Assembly (NCBI GenBank): GCA_001784055.1
Contig: MFOZ01000003.1
Location: forward strand, 1-40,269
Source: Candidatus Levybacteria bacterium RIFCSPLOWO2_01_FULL_42_15
GTDB lineage: Bacteria > Patescibacteriota > Microgenomatia > Levybacterales > UBA12049
Reading direction: 5' to 3'
DNA length: 40,269 nt
Part shown: one piece after another, positions 7,988 to 16,229 of the stretch
How positions within the stretch are numbered: the stretch's first letter is position 1
Layout: every line of letters begins with the position of its first letter
The notes under the pieces: model-generated
Seen by the model: only the letters and a program-made list of their open reading frames with translations
The model's database searches: none
What the model was told of the DNA's origin: nothing
Translations under genes and position numbers: made by a program

Positions 7988-9718
7988 ATGGATAAGAACA
8001 ACATACGAGACTTCGCTATTATTGCTCACATAGACCATGGAAAATCAACGCTTGTGGACCGGTTTTTAGAAATAACGAAAACAATTTCCAAAGAAAAACT
8101 CATCGAGCAATTCCTTGACCAAAATCCCATAAGCCGGGAACGGGGGATAACCATAAAACTTGCGCCTGTTCGTATGCGGTATGACTTTGGAGGAGTATCC
8201 TATCTGCTTAATCTTATCGATACGCCGGGACATGTTGATTTTTCTTATGAAGTGTCTCGGACGCTTGCCGCATGTGAAGGGGCTATTCTTCTTGTGGATG
8301 CGACGCAAGGAGTGCAGGCGCAAACAGTTGCTCACTATTTTGCGGCAAAAAAGCAAAATGTAACGATTTTGCCTGTTGTTAACAAAATAGACGCGCCAAA
8401 TGCACAAGTAACCTCTGTGACGCAAGAACTTATCGACGTATTTCAATTTCAAAAAGAAGAAATTCTCTCTATTTCCGCAAAAACAGGAGAAGGCGTAGAA
8501 AACCTTCTGCAGCATGCAATCAAGAAGTTTCCCCCGCCACAAGGATCAAGCGCGTCTGCCCTTCGCTGTCTTATTTTTGACGCGGCTTACGATGAATACC
8601 GAGGAGTCATTGCATATGTAAAGATTATCGATGGGAGTCTTGCCAAGGGAGAACATGTTCAATTCTTCCAAAACCACTCGCAAGCGTACATAACGGAAGT
8701 AGGATATTTTTCTCCCTATTTACGTCCCTGCGACAGGTTAGAAAGGGGAGAGATAGGATACGTAATTACAGGAGTGAAGGATATTCGCATGGTACGGGTG
8801 GGAGATACCATTATGCATGTGGGGGAAACAGCAGCGCCTCTTCCCGGATATATGGTGCCAAAGCCAATGGTGTTTCTTGGTGTTTTCCCTCAAAACACAG
8901 ACGATTTTGTTCACCTCAAGGAATCACTCTCAAAACTGTCTTTGAACGATACCTCGTTTAGTTTCGCGCTGGAATATTCTTCTTATTTAGGAAGTGGATA
9001 TCGAGTTGGGTTTTTAGGGCTCTTGCATGCTGAAATCGTAAAAGAGCGGCTTAAGAGGGAATTTGGTCTTGAGCTTTTTTTTACCATGCCAAGCGTTTTA
9101 TACGAAAAGAAGCATGACGGAACAATGACAGAGCCATACATGCTTCTTCGCGTATACGTGCCTTCGCTATACGTAGGAGCTGTTATGTCGTTTTGCCAAA
9201 CACAGAAAGGAGCTTTGATGGAAGCTCAATATCATCAAACACACGCGGTTCTTTCTTACGAAATACCATATAGCAGATTTATACGGGGATTGTCCGCGCA
9301 TCTTAAATCTGTTTCTTCGGGATATGCAAGCGTTGATTATGAGCTGATTGATCATAGAAAGGCAGATGTTGTGACGCTTGAGATTCACGTTAACAATAAT
9401 CCGGTGGACGTTCTCTCCGAATTTGTATATAGAGATGAGGCGTTTACACTTGCAAGACAAAAGGTATCAAAATTAAAAGAAGCCCTTCCCCGCCAACAGT
9501 TTCGTCAAATTATCCAAGGAGTCGTTGATGGAGTTATTGTTTCACGCGAAGACCTGTCCCCCTTTAGGAAAGACGTTACGGAAAAGCTCTACGGGGGAGA
9601 TCGAACACGCAAGGATAAGCTCTTAGATAAACAGAAAAAAGGGAAGAAGCGATTGTTGCAATCATCAAAAGTACTTCTGTCTCAAGAAGCGCTTCTGGCA
9701 ACCATGAAGATCTCTTGA
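7988..9718 (+). CDS. lepA: Translation elongation factor 4 (LepA)
   Basis: IRDFAIIAHIDHGKSTLVDRFLE (G1), DTPGHVDF (G3) and NKID (G4), plus the LepA-specific C-terminal region. 576 aa. Confidence 0.95.
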   Translation: MDKNNIRDFAIIAHIDHGKSTLVDRFLEITKTISKEKLIEQFLDQNPISRERGITIKLAPVRMRYDFGGVSYLLNLIDTPGHVDFSYEVSRTLAACEGAILLVDATQGVQAQTVAHYFAAKKQNVTILPVVNKIDAPNAQVTSVTQELIDVFQFQKEEILSISAKTGEGVENLLQHAIKKFPPPQGSSASALRCLIFDAAYDEYRGVIAYVKIIDGSLAKGEHVQFFQNHSQAYITEVGYFSPYLRPCDRLERGEIGYVITGVKDIRMVRVGDTIMHVGETAAPLPGYMVPKPMVFLGVFPQNTDDFVHLKESLSKLSLNDTSFSFALEYSSYLGSGYRVGFLGLLHAEIVKERLKREFGLELFFTMPSVLYEKKHDGTMTEPYMLLRVYVPSLYVGAVMSFCQTQKGALMEAQYHQTHAVLSYEIPYSRFIRGLSAHLKSVSSGYASVDYELIDHRKADVVTLEIHVNNNPVDVLSEFVYRDEAFTLARQKVSKLKEALPRQQFRQIIQGVVDGVIVSREDLSPFRKDVTEKLYGGDRTRKDKLLDKQKKGKKRLLQSSKVLLSQEALLATMKIS

Positions 9719-9729
9719 TATAAACGGCT

Positions 9730-10866
9730 CTAGAGTCCAAAAAGAAGGGCTGCTCCCAAAAGGGTAAGGATAAATCCAACTCCTCCCATAAACATTACTG
9801 TTTCTGCGGATCCGGGAGGAGCAGTGGGAACCGTTCCTACAGCGCCGGTTTGGGAAGGCGCAAGAGAAGGAATAAGCGTTGGGGTAAGTGTGGGAACAGG
9901 CGCAAGCGTTGCGGTAGGGGAAGATACTTGTCCTGTTCCTCCTGTCTGCCCTGTTCCCGACCCCGAGCCACCCGCAGCAGTTACGGTAACAGTTTTTGTA
10001 CAAGAAGAATCCGTGCTTACGTTTCCTTGATTATCGGTGAGGGTTGCTTTTCCCGCAAATGTTCCCGGATTGACATACGTGTGTGAAGTCTGCACGCTTA
10101 CGTTTTTTGTACCGATACCCCCACCTTGTGTGACATCTTGCAGCGGTCCGTCCCCAAAATCAAACGAAACTTTTGCAATAGTTCCGTCAGCGTCGCTTCC
10201 ATTCGCCGTAAAAGAAATAGTAAACGGAGCACTTCCTGTGGGAGTTTTATCTGCGTTAAGAGCAGTGCATACGGGTACCGTTGTTGTTGGGCTCACCACC
10301 GGTTCTCCTCCTGGAATATTCAAAGAAAGAGGAGTCGTAGTTGAAAGGACGTTTTCGCTTGGCGTGTCAGAGGAGGCAATAGACAATACTTGAGTAGCAC
10401 TATTGAATCGGGCAACCTGAGCAGAAGCTCCGCCCGTCCCGGCGAGGGCCTTAAAGGTAATTTTTCCAACTTTTGTTGGGGACTGAATTACTTTAGTGGG
10501 ATCCGCACCTACCGATACGGTAATAAGGATATTTGAATCCATATATACAGGTCCTTCTAAAATAACAGGAAATGAGCTTTTGCTTACTTCAAATCCCGCT
10601 TGCGACGTCCCAATTTTAGAAGACTCGTAACCAATGCTTAATTTTACAAAAGAAACCTGGTTTGTTCCCGGATTAATGGTGACGTCAACGCCAAAATCAT
10701 CCCCTGTCTTTATTGAAACGGAAGGACTTGAAAGCACGAGCGATAGGGTTGTTGAAGGAGTTGCTTCTGTTCGCGTCTCTTGCTGCTGTCCCAAAAGATA
10801 CACGGTAAGAGGAATGGCAACAAGCAGTATAACCGTTACTATTCCAAAGAGAATTTTTTTAAGCAT
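9730..10866 (-). CDS. Surface protein: signal-anchor, cohesin-like domain, PKD domain, P/T-rich linker, C-terminal TM helix
   Basis: PKD signature VSFDFGDGPLQ...SHTYVNPGTFAGKATLTDNQGNVS. The N-terminal beta-sandwich resembles cohesin (IKTGDDFGVDVTINPGTNQVSFVKLSIGY). I prefer the ATG at 10866 (MLKKILFGIVTVILLVAIPL), not the track start at 10929. Confidence 0.8.
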   Translation of the reverse strand: MLKKILFGIVTVILLVAIPLTVYLLGQQQETRTEATPSTTLSLVLSSPSVSIKTGDDFGVDVTINPGTNQVSFVKLSIGYESSKIGTSQAGFEVSKSSFPVILEGPVYMDSNILITVSVGADPTKVIQSPTKVGKITFKALAGTGGASAQVARFNSATQVLSIASSDTPSENVLSTTTPLSLNIPGGEPVVSPTTTVPVCTALNADKTPTGSAPFTISFTANGSDADGTIAKVSFDFGDGPLQDVTQGGGIGTKNVSVQTSHTYVNPGTFAGKATLTDNQGNVSTDSSCTKTVTVTAAGGSGSGTGQTGGTGQVSSPTATLAPVPTLTPTLIPSLAPSQTGAVGTVPTAPPGSAETVMFMGGVGFILTLLGAALLFGL

Positions 10867-10884
10867 AATACCCCTACAATACTT

Positions 10885-10913
10885 ATGGTATAGAAGAATA
10901 CCCACCCTGTCAA
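10885..10913 (-). promoter_or_regulatory. Candidate promoter TTGACA-N17-TACCAT for the cohesin/PKD gene
   Basis: On the minus strand, TTGACA (10913..10908), a 17-nt spacer, then TACCAT (10890..10885). It lies 18 nt upstream of the ATG at 10866. Confidence 0.4.
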
Positions 10914-10939
10914 GCTCGTCCCAAAACAACTATAGGATA

Positions 10940-10968
10940 TTGACAAAGAAAATCTTTTAGTGTATAAA
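10940..10968 (+). promoter_or_regulatory. groESL promoter TTGACA-N17-TATAAA
   Basis: TTGACA at 10940..10945, an exact 17-nt spacer, TATAAA at 10963..10968. The CIRCE-like repeat follows immediately. Confidence 0.75.
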
Positions 10969-10995
10969 TTAGCAGTCTTTAATACCGACTGATAT
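10969..10995 (+). promoter_or_regulatory. CIRCE-like HrcA operator (TTAGCAGTC-N9-GACTGATAT)
   Basis: A 9-N9-9 inverted repeat. The left arm matches the CIRCE consensus TTAGCACTC at 8/9 positions. The arms are complementary at 7/9. Its position between the -10 box and groES is the classical arrangement. Confidence 0.65.
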
Positions 10996-11021
10996 TTTTT
11001 TAGTCTTCTGCTCCAAGTAAT

Positions 11022-11321
11022 ATGCTAAAAAAACTTTCTATACAGCCGTTGTTTGATAACGTACTTATTAAGCCGCTCGAAGCGGAAGACCGAACGCCCA
11101 GCGGTATTCTTCTTCCCGAGAGTGCAAAAGAAAAACCTCAAATGGGATTGGTGATGGCGGTTGGTATGGGCGGGCGCAATAATGAAGGAAAGCTTGTTCC
11201 GATGGTGGTTAAAAAAGGGCAAAAAGTTATGTATAAAAAATGGGGAGGAAATGAAATAAAAGTGGAGAGAGAAGAATGGTTATTGGTAGAAGAAAAAGAT
11301 ATTTTGGCAATTGTTGAATAA
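11022..11321 (+). CDS. groES: Co-chaperonin GroES
   Basis: 99 aa. [42 protein letters not shown] is the typical Cpn10 mobile-loop region. Confidence 0.95.
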   Translation: MLKKLSIQPLFDNVLIKPLEAEDRTPSGILLPESAKEKPQMGLVMAVGMGGRNNEGKLVPMVVKKGQKVMYKKWGGNEIKVEREEWLLVEEKDILAIVE

Positions 11322-11325
11322 ACCT

Positions 11326-12963
11326 ATGGCAAAACAACTACAATTTTCAGACGAAGCACGTCAAGCATTAATCAGAGGAGTTAACTGCCTTGCCAAAGCA
11401 GTAGTAACTACCCTTGGCCCCAAAGGACGAAACGTCGCCCTTGACAAAAAATGGGGAGCCCCAAACGTTATTCATGATGGGGTAACTGTTGCAAAGGAAA
11501 TAGAGCTTCCCGACCCATTTGAAAACATGGGTGCCCAACTCGTAAAAGAAGCAGCTTCCAAAACAAATGATGTGGCAGGAGACGGAACCACAACTGCAAC
11601 ACTTCTTGCGCAAGCTATTATTAACAACGGATTTAAGAATATAACAGCAGGGGCAAATCCCATGATTGTTAAATCCGGTGTTGAGAAGGCGGTTATTGCG
11701 GTTGTTGAGGAAATAGGTAAAATGGCACAAAAAGTAAAAGAGGCAGATGTGGCAAAAGTTGCCACGATCTCTGCTCAAGATGAACGGATTGGGGCTCTTA
11801 TTGCAGAAGCGCTCACTAAAGTTGGAAAAGACGGTGTGGTAACGGTTGAGGAAGGCAAGGGATTGGAGCTTTCTATTGATTACAAAGAGGGGATGGAATT
11901 TGATAAAGGATACGCTTCTCCCTACTTTGTTACCAATCCGGACAAAATGGATGCGGATATAGATAATCCCTATATTCTCATAACAGACAAGAAAATATCA
12001 TCTCTTAACGATCTTCTCCCGTTTTTGGAGAGCTTGGTAAAGGTATCTAAAAACCTTGTTATTATCGCAGACGAAATTGATGGAGAAGCACTGGCGACCC
12101 TTGTTGTTAATAAGTTAAGGGGAACATTTAACGCGCTAGCCATTAAAGCTCCCGGATTTGGAGATAGAAGAAAAGAACTGCTTGAGGATATAGCTGTTCT
12201 AACCGGTGGGGTTGTGATTTCTGAGGAAACAGGAAGAAAATTTGAGAACGTAACGCTTGATGATTGCGGGAGAGCGGATAAAGTATGGGCAGACAAAGAA
12301 AACACTCGCATTATCGGTGGAAAAGGAAATACGGTAAAGATTAAGGCGCGCATATCCCAGATTAGGCGGTCCATTGAAGATACCACATCCGACTTTGATC
12401 GCGAAAAATTGCAGGAGAGGCTCGCAAAGCTTACCGGTGGCGTTGCAGTCATTAACGTGGGGGCGGCAACCGAGATAGAAATGAAAGACAAAAAAGAACG
12501 AGTAAACGATGCGGTTGCCGCAACAAAAGCCGCGTTAGAAGAAGGAATTGTTCCGGGAGGAGGCGTGGCTCTTCTAAGGGCTCGATCTGTTTTGCCCCCC
12601 ATAAGAGAAGTAATGAAATATGAAGATGAAAAAATAGGGATTGATATTGTTTATCAAGCGCTTTCTGAACCTATGCGTTGGATTGTTCAAAACGCTGGCG
12701 CGGATGCAGGCTGGGTTATTAAAAAGGTTGAAGATTCTAAAATATCTGATTACGGGTTTAACGTGATGACTATGCAGTTTGGATCAATTATGGCGGCCGG
12801 TGTACTGGATCCGGCAAAAGTGACTCGGACTGCGCTCCAGAATGCGGCAAGCGTTGGAGTAATGGTGTTTACGACAGAAGCTCTCATTACCGATATTCCG
12901 GAAAAGAATACTCAAGCTTCCGGCTCGCCAATGCCTGGCGCAGGTATGGGAATGGACTACTAA
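11326..12963 (+). CDS. groEL: Chaperonin GroEL
   Basis: [20 protein letters not shown]..., [12 protein letters not shown], and a GGM-like C-terminal tail (GAGMGMDY). I take the start at the ATG at 11326 rather than the track's 11311. Confidence 0.97.
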   Translation: MAKQLQFSDEARQALIRGVNCLAKAVVTTLGPKGRNVALDKKWGAPNVIHDGVTVAKEIELPDPFENMGAQLVKEAASKTNDVAGDGTTTATLLAQAIINNGFKNITAGANPMIVKSGVEKAVIAVVEEIGKMAQKVKEADVAKVATISAQDERIGALIAEALTKVGKDGVVTVEEGKGLELSIDYKEGMEFDKGYASPYFVTNPDKMDADIDNPYILITDKKISSLNDLLPFLESLVKVSKNLVIIADEIDGEALATLVVNKLRGTFNALAIKAPGFGDRRKELLEDIAVLTGGVVISEETGRKFENVTLDDCGRADKVWADKENTRIIGGKGNTVKIKARISQIRRSIEDTTSDFDREKLQERLAKLTGGVAVINVGAATEIEMKDKKERVNDAVAATKAALEEGIVPGGGVALLRARSVLPPIREVMKYEDEKIGIDIVYQALSEPMRWIVQNAGADAGWVIKKVEDSKISDYGFNVMTMQFGSIMAAGVLDPAKVTRTALQNAASVGVMVFTTEALITDIPEKNTQASGSPMPGAGMGMDY

Positions 12964-12975
12964 ATCCCAGCTCTG

Positions 12976-12984
12976 TGGTATAGT
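12976..12984 (+). promoter_or_regulatory. Extended -10 TGGTATAGT upstream of the PEGA/SH3b gene
   Basis: A TGnTATAGT box 11 nt before the ATG at 12996, in the 32-nt groEL-downstream spacer. Confidence 0.4.
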
Positions 12985-12995
12985 AGGGGCACTTC

Positions 12996-13862
12996 ATGAG
13001 ACGGACTATTCTCTCTCTCTTTTTATCGTTTGTTATTGCCCTCATAGCATTTTTACTCGTCAATTTTTTCATCCTCAGAAAGATGGGACGCGGAGCGCTT
13101 CAAGTTACGTCTGTTCCCAAAAGCGCCGTATATCTTAACGGAACACTCATTGGACAGACTCCCTTCTGCAAGTGCGATGGAAACGACATGTTCGCCTCAG
13201 GAGAATATTCTCTTAAAATGATTCCGGATGCCTCCGAGTCGGCAGAGAAGAATATCTTTCCTCCTTTTGAACAAAAGATAGTTATTGGAACGTCTCTTCT
13301 TACCGGCGTTGACAGGACATTTGGAAAAGGAGGGGCTGCCGAAGGGAGTGTATTGACGCTTTTCCCCATTGCAAACAAACAAGAAGCGCAGGTTCTTGTT
13401 TTATCGTTTCCACAAAAAGCGGATGTTATTTTTGACAGCGTGAAGCGGGGAGAAACTCCGCTTCTTCTCTCTCACGTCACTGCCTCCGATCACGCGATAA
13501 TCCTCAAAAAAGAGGGGTATCGGAGTAAAACGATTCATCTGCGCTCTGTGTTAGGGCATAAGCTAGAAACGCTTATTTTTTTAGGAATAGAGAGTAATCA
13601 GGAAGAGAAAAAAGCAAGCGCATCTGCTCAGAGTGAGAACAAAACGGCAACGAACGCATCCGTTCTTATTACGCAAACGCCAACAGGCTTTCTCAATGTA
13701 AGAAGTACTCCGCCTGTTGATGGGGTTCTTGCGCCTAAAATAGCGGAAGTATATCCGGGAAATGCAGTTTTGCTTATTGAAGAAAAAGACGGATGGTATA
13801 AGATAGAATTGTTAGATGGAAAAACAGGTTGGATAAGCAGCGACTACGCGCAGAAAAAATAA
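12996..13862 (+). CDS. Membrane-anchored PEGA-domain / SH3b-domain protein
   Basis: N-terminal TM. Two PEGA-like repeats (LQVTSVPKSAVYLNGTLIGQTP; FPQKADVIFDSVKRGETPLLL...KKEGYRSKT). C-terminal SH3b-like GFLNVRSTPP...DGWYKIELLDGKTGWISSDY. Confidence 0.8.
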   Translation: MRRTILSLFLSFVIALIAFLLVNFFILRKMGRGALQVTSVPKSAVYLNGTLIGQTPFCKCDGNDMFASGEYSLKMIPDASESAEKNIFPPFEQKIVIGTSLLTGVDRTFGKGGAAEGSVLTLFPIANKQEAQVLVLSFPQKADVIFDSVKRGETPLLLSHVTASDHAIILKKEGYRSKTIHLRSVLGHKLETLIFLGIESNQEEKKASASAQSENKTATNASVLITQTPTGFLNVRSTPPVDGVLAPKIAEVYPGNAVLLIEEKDGWYKIELLDGKTGWISSDYAQKK

Positions 13863-13863
13863 C

Positions 13864-14811
13864 CTACGGGCCCACAAAATAGATCATACCAATAACAAGA
13901 AGAATCCACACAATTACCGTAAGAAGAAGAGCGGTATCGGAGAAAAGTATCCTTTCAGGGTTTTCCCCTTCCCCCTTTTCATAAACGTTTTCAAGATATT
14001 TCATGAGTCCGTATACTACCGGCGCAATAGTGACCATGAGCCATTTTCTTTGAAAAAAAGAAGGCAAGAACTCAGGCATAAAAAGACCTATCGATATCTT
14101 AAATCCCGTCTCATTTTCTAAGAAAGTAAACAAAGCGTATGAAATGAATGTAGAGGTTGCAAAGATAGAAGCATATACGTCAAGTAATCGTTCCGAATAG
14201 CGAAGAAGCGACTTTCTGGTGCTATCAACCCTTGCGCTTACGTTTTGGGATAATAAAAGCGTAAGCTCCGACCTTCTTTTTCCTACTGCGAGAAGAAGGG
14301 AAATGGAAATAGTGGTGAGCAAAAGCCATACCGATATATGAAGTCCCGATGCAAACTCTCCCCCGTAGACACGGAGAATATAGCCGGCAGCAAGAATGAG
14401 AATATCAATTATGGCAATGTGCTTAAGTTTGGCAGAGTAACTCAACTGAAGAACAAAATAAATAATCATAAGAAGAAAAAAGGTGAGATTGATAAGAAAA
14501 CCAACCCATAGAGAAAACAAGATGAGAGAAATCGCAAGAACCCATGCTTGATGCAATGATATGTCCCCGTGGACAAGAGGACGATATTTTTTGTATGGAT
14601 GAAGCCTATCCCGTTTTATGTCAAAAACGTCATTTATTATGTAGATCGCCGAGGAAAGTGCGCAAAATACGACAAATCCCAAGGATACCTTTGAAAATAT
14701 CTCAAGGTCAAAGAGTTTTCCATTAAACGTAATTGCCGCAAAAATAGCCCCGTTTTTTATCCACTGTTTTGGGCGGAGAAGCCGAAATGCGTGAAACAAT
14801 GTACCCATCAT
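13864..14811 (-). CDS. UbiA-superfamily prenyltransferase, decaprenyl-phosphate 5-phosphoribosyltransferase-like
   Basis: LLRPKQWIKNGAIFAAITF... and YIINDVFDIKRDRLHPYKKYRPLVHGDIS follow the RxxQWxKN and NDxxDxxxDRxHPxKxxRPxxxG pattern of the Rv3806c-type family. 315 aa, polytopic. Confidence 0.75.
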   Translation of the reverse strand: MMGTLFHAFRLLRPKQWIKNGAIFAAITFNGKLFDLEIFSKVSLGFVVFCALSSAIYIINDVFDIKRDRLHPYKKYRPLVHGDISLHQAWVLAISLILFSLWVGFLINLTFFLLMIIYFVLQLSYSAKLKHIAIIDILILAAGYILRVYGGEFASGLHISVWLLLTTISISLLLAVGKRRSELTLLLSQNVSARVDSTRKSLLRYSERLLDVYASIFATSTFISYALFTFLENETGFKISIGLFMPEFLPSFFQRKWLMVTIAPVVYGLMKYLENVYEKGEGENPERILFSDTALLLTVIVWILLVIGMIYFVGP

Positions 14812-15872
14812 AGAGACTGTTTGCGTACTATTCTATGAAGAAACAATAACACACCCCCAACAATTGTCACAAGCATGATAATGGCAAAAAATTTTCCCGT
14901 GCTTGTAAGAGCAAGAGAGAGTACCCCCAAAACACCGGAAACTATCCAATAAAAAAGGGCGATGTGTCGTTGCTTAAAACCAAGGTCTAAAAGAATATGA
15001 TGAAGGTGTTTTTTATCATGCCAAAATGGAGAATGTCCGGTAAAAAGTCTTCTCAAAATAGTAAATATGCCATCAACCATGGGAATACCCATGACTAAAA
15101 TTGCCGTTGCAAGTTTTGCGCCTGACAGGATAGATACGGAAGCGAGCAGAAGATACACGGAAGTGGCACCATACCCGGGAAAAACTTTTGCCGGATAGAA
15201 ATTATAAATGAGAAAGCCAAGAGCGGATCCGGCGATGATAAAGGAAAGCATCGAGGATACCATTGCGTTTTGATCAAAAGGGAAGAACCGAAGACTTAAA
15301 ACACCAATTACCAGAGAAGAAATAGCGACAATGCCCGGCATTTGCCCATCAACCCCTTTGCTCCAATTCAACATATTCATAACCCAAACGATCCAAGCAA
15401 CAGAAAGAAAATGAGAGACGGAGATAGGCAAAGATAACCCCGCTATCGGGAGTGCAAGAGCCATTGTATCAAGATGAAGAATTCCCCCAAACGGGTTGGT
15501 AATAAAAGAAATGGTAACGCCACTTGCTACGACAATGCTTGCGCATACAATATTTGCCCCAAACCGAATATAAGGAGAAATATCAAACTTATCATCAAGA
15601 ATTCCCACCACAAGCGCGATGAACCCTGCAATAAAAAGAGAGACAAGAACGGGCGATGGGGAAATAAACAAAAATGAGGTAGCGATTGCACCGATAAACA
15701 AAGGAATACCTCCTCCGCGGGGGATCGGTTTGCTATGAAGAATTGCAGGATGCTTGTGGGACTTTGGGTCGTCAAATAGATTTGCTTTCTTGATAAACAA
15801 AAGAGAAAGAGGAGTGATAAGTACGGTGAGAACAAAAGCAACAAAGAAAGGAAACGCAACGATTTGTATCAT
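14808..15872 (-). CDS. Polyprenyl-phosphate sugar-1-phosphate transferase (GT4, MraY/WecA family)
   Basis: DDPKSHKHPAILHSKPIPRGGGIP, ILDDKFDISP and NMLNWSKGVDGQMPG match the conserved MraY/WecA cytoplasmic loops. 354 aa, polytopic. ATGA overlap with the downstream UbiA gene. Confidence 0.85.
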   Translation of the reverse strand: MIQIVAFPFFVAFVLTVLITPLSLLFIKKANLFDDPKSHKHPAILHSKPIPRGGGIPLFIGAIATSFLFISPSPVLVSLFIAGFIALVVGILDDKFDISPYIRFGANIVCASIVVASGVTISFITNPFGGILHLDTMALALPIAGLSLPISVSHFLSVAWIVWVMNMLNWSKGVDGQMPGIVAISSLVIGVLSLRFFPFDQNAMVSSMLSFIIAGSALGFLIYNFYPAKVFPGYGATSVYLLLASVSILSGAKLATAILVMGIPMVDGIFTILRRLFTGHSPFWHDKKHLHHILLDLGFKQRHIALFYWIVSGVLGVLSLALTSTGKFFAIIMLVTIVGGVLLFLHRIVRKQSL

Positions 15873-15875
15873 GTG

Positions 15876-16229
15876 CTAAACAATAAGCATTATGGTTCTT
15901 GTGACAAAAAACAGAGCAAAAAAAGCCATAAGAAGCATGGTTACGCAGAGTATGCGGGAAACGAGAGGCATTTTGAAATACAAAAAGAATGAGAGAGCAA
16001 GATTGCTTATGCTTATCGTAAAGGCAATGATTGTCGGAATAAAAATCTCGGATTTAATTCCCAGTCTTTTTTCGCCCCATGGCATTTGATTAAATAATGG
16101 CAGGTAGGGTGGGAGTTTTCCGTAGAAGACAAGGATGATGAAGATATTCGCAGTAATACATAAAAGTGTGAAAAGACAGGAGAAGAAAATGACTTTATCT
16201 TCTTTGATTTTGCTAAAAGCGTCGTTCAT
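15876..16229 (-). CDS. Small polytopic membrane protein (hypothetical)
   Basis: The first in-frame ATG is at 16229 (MNDAFSKIKEDKV...); the track start at 16310 is a TTG lying 98 nt inside the upstream gene. 3-4 predicted TM helices. A flippase-like role is only a guess from context. Confidence 0.5.
   Translation of the reverse strand: MNDAFSKIKEDKVIFFSCLFTLLCITANIFIILVFYGKLPPYLPLFNQMPWGEKRLGIKSEIFIPTIIAFTISISNLALSFFLYFKMPLVSRILCVTMLLMAFFALFFVTRTIMLIV

Noticed and set aside
9824-10393. Several plus-strand ORFs (68-118 aa) rich in Gly/Pro/Val/Arg, opposite the cohesin/PKD gene
   Set aside because: These are shadow ORFs generated by the Thr/Pro/Gly-rich linker codons on the coding strand. They overlap each other in different frames and have no independent signals.
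11368-12602. Minus-strand ORFs of 97-210 aa inside groEL
   Set aside because: They are antisense to an unambiguous GroEL coding sequence. Their Ser/Ala/Thr-rich translations are typical antisense artefacts.
13009-13021. (TC)5-6 dinucleotide run in the 5' coding region of the PEGA/SH3b gene, as a possible phase-variation tract
   Set aside because: With only about 5.5 repeat units, it is too short for reliable slipped-strand switching. It simply encodes the Leu/Ser of the signal-anchor.
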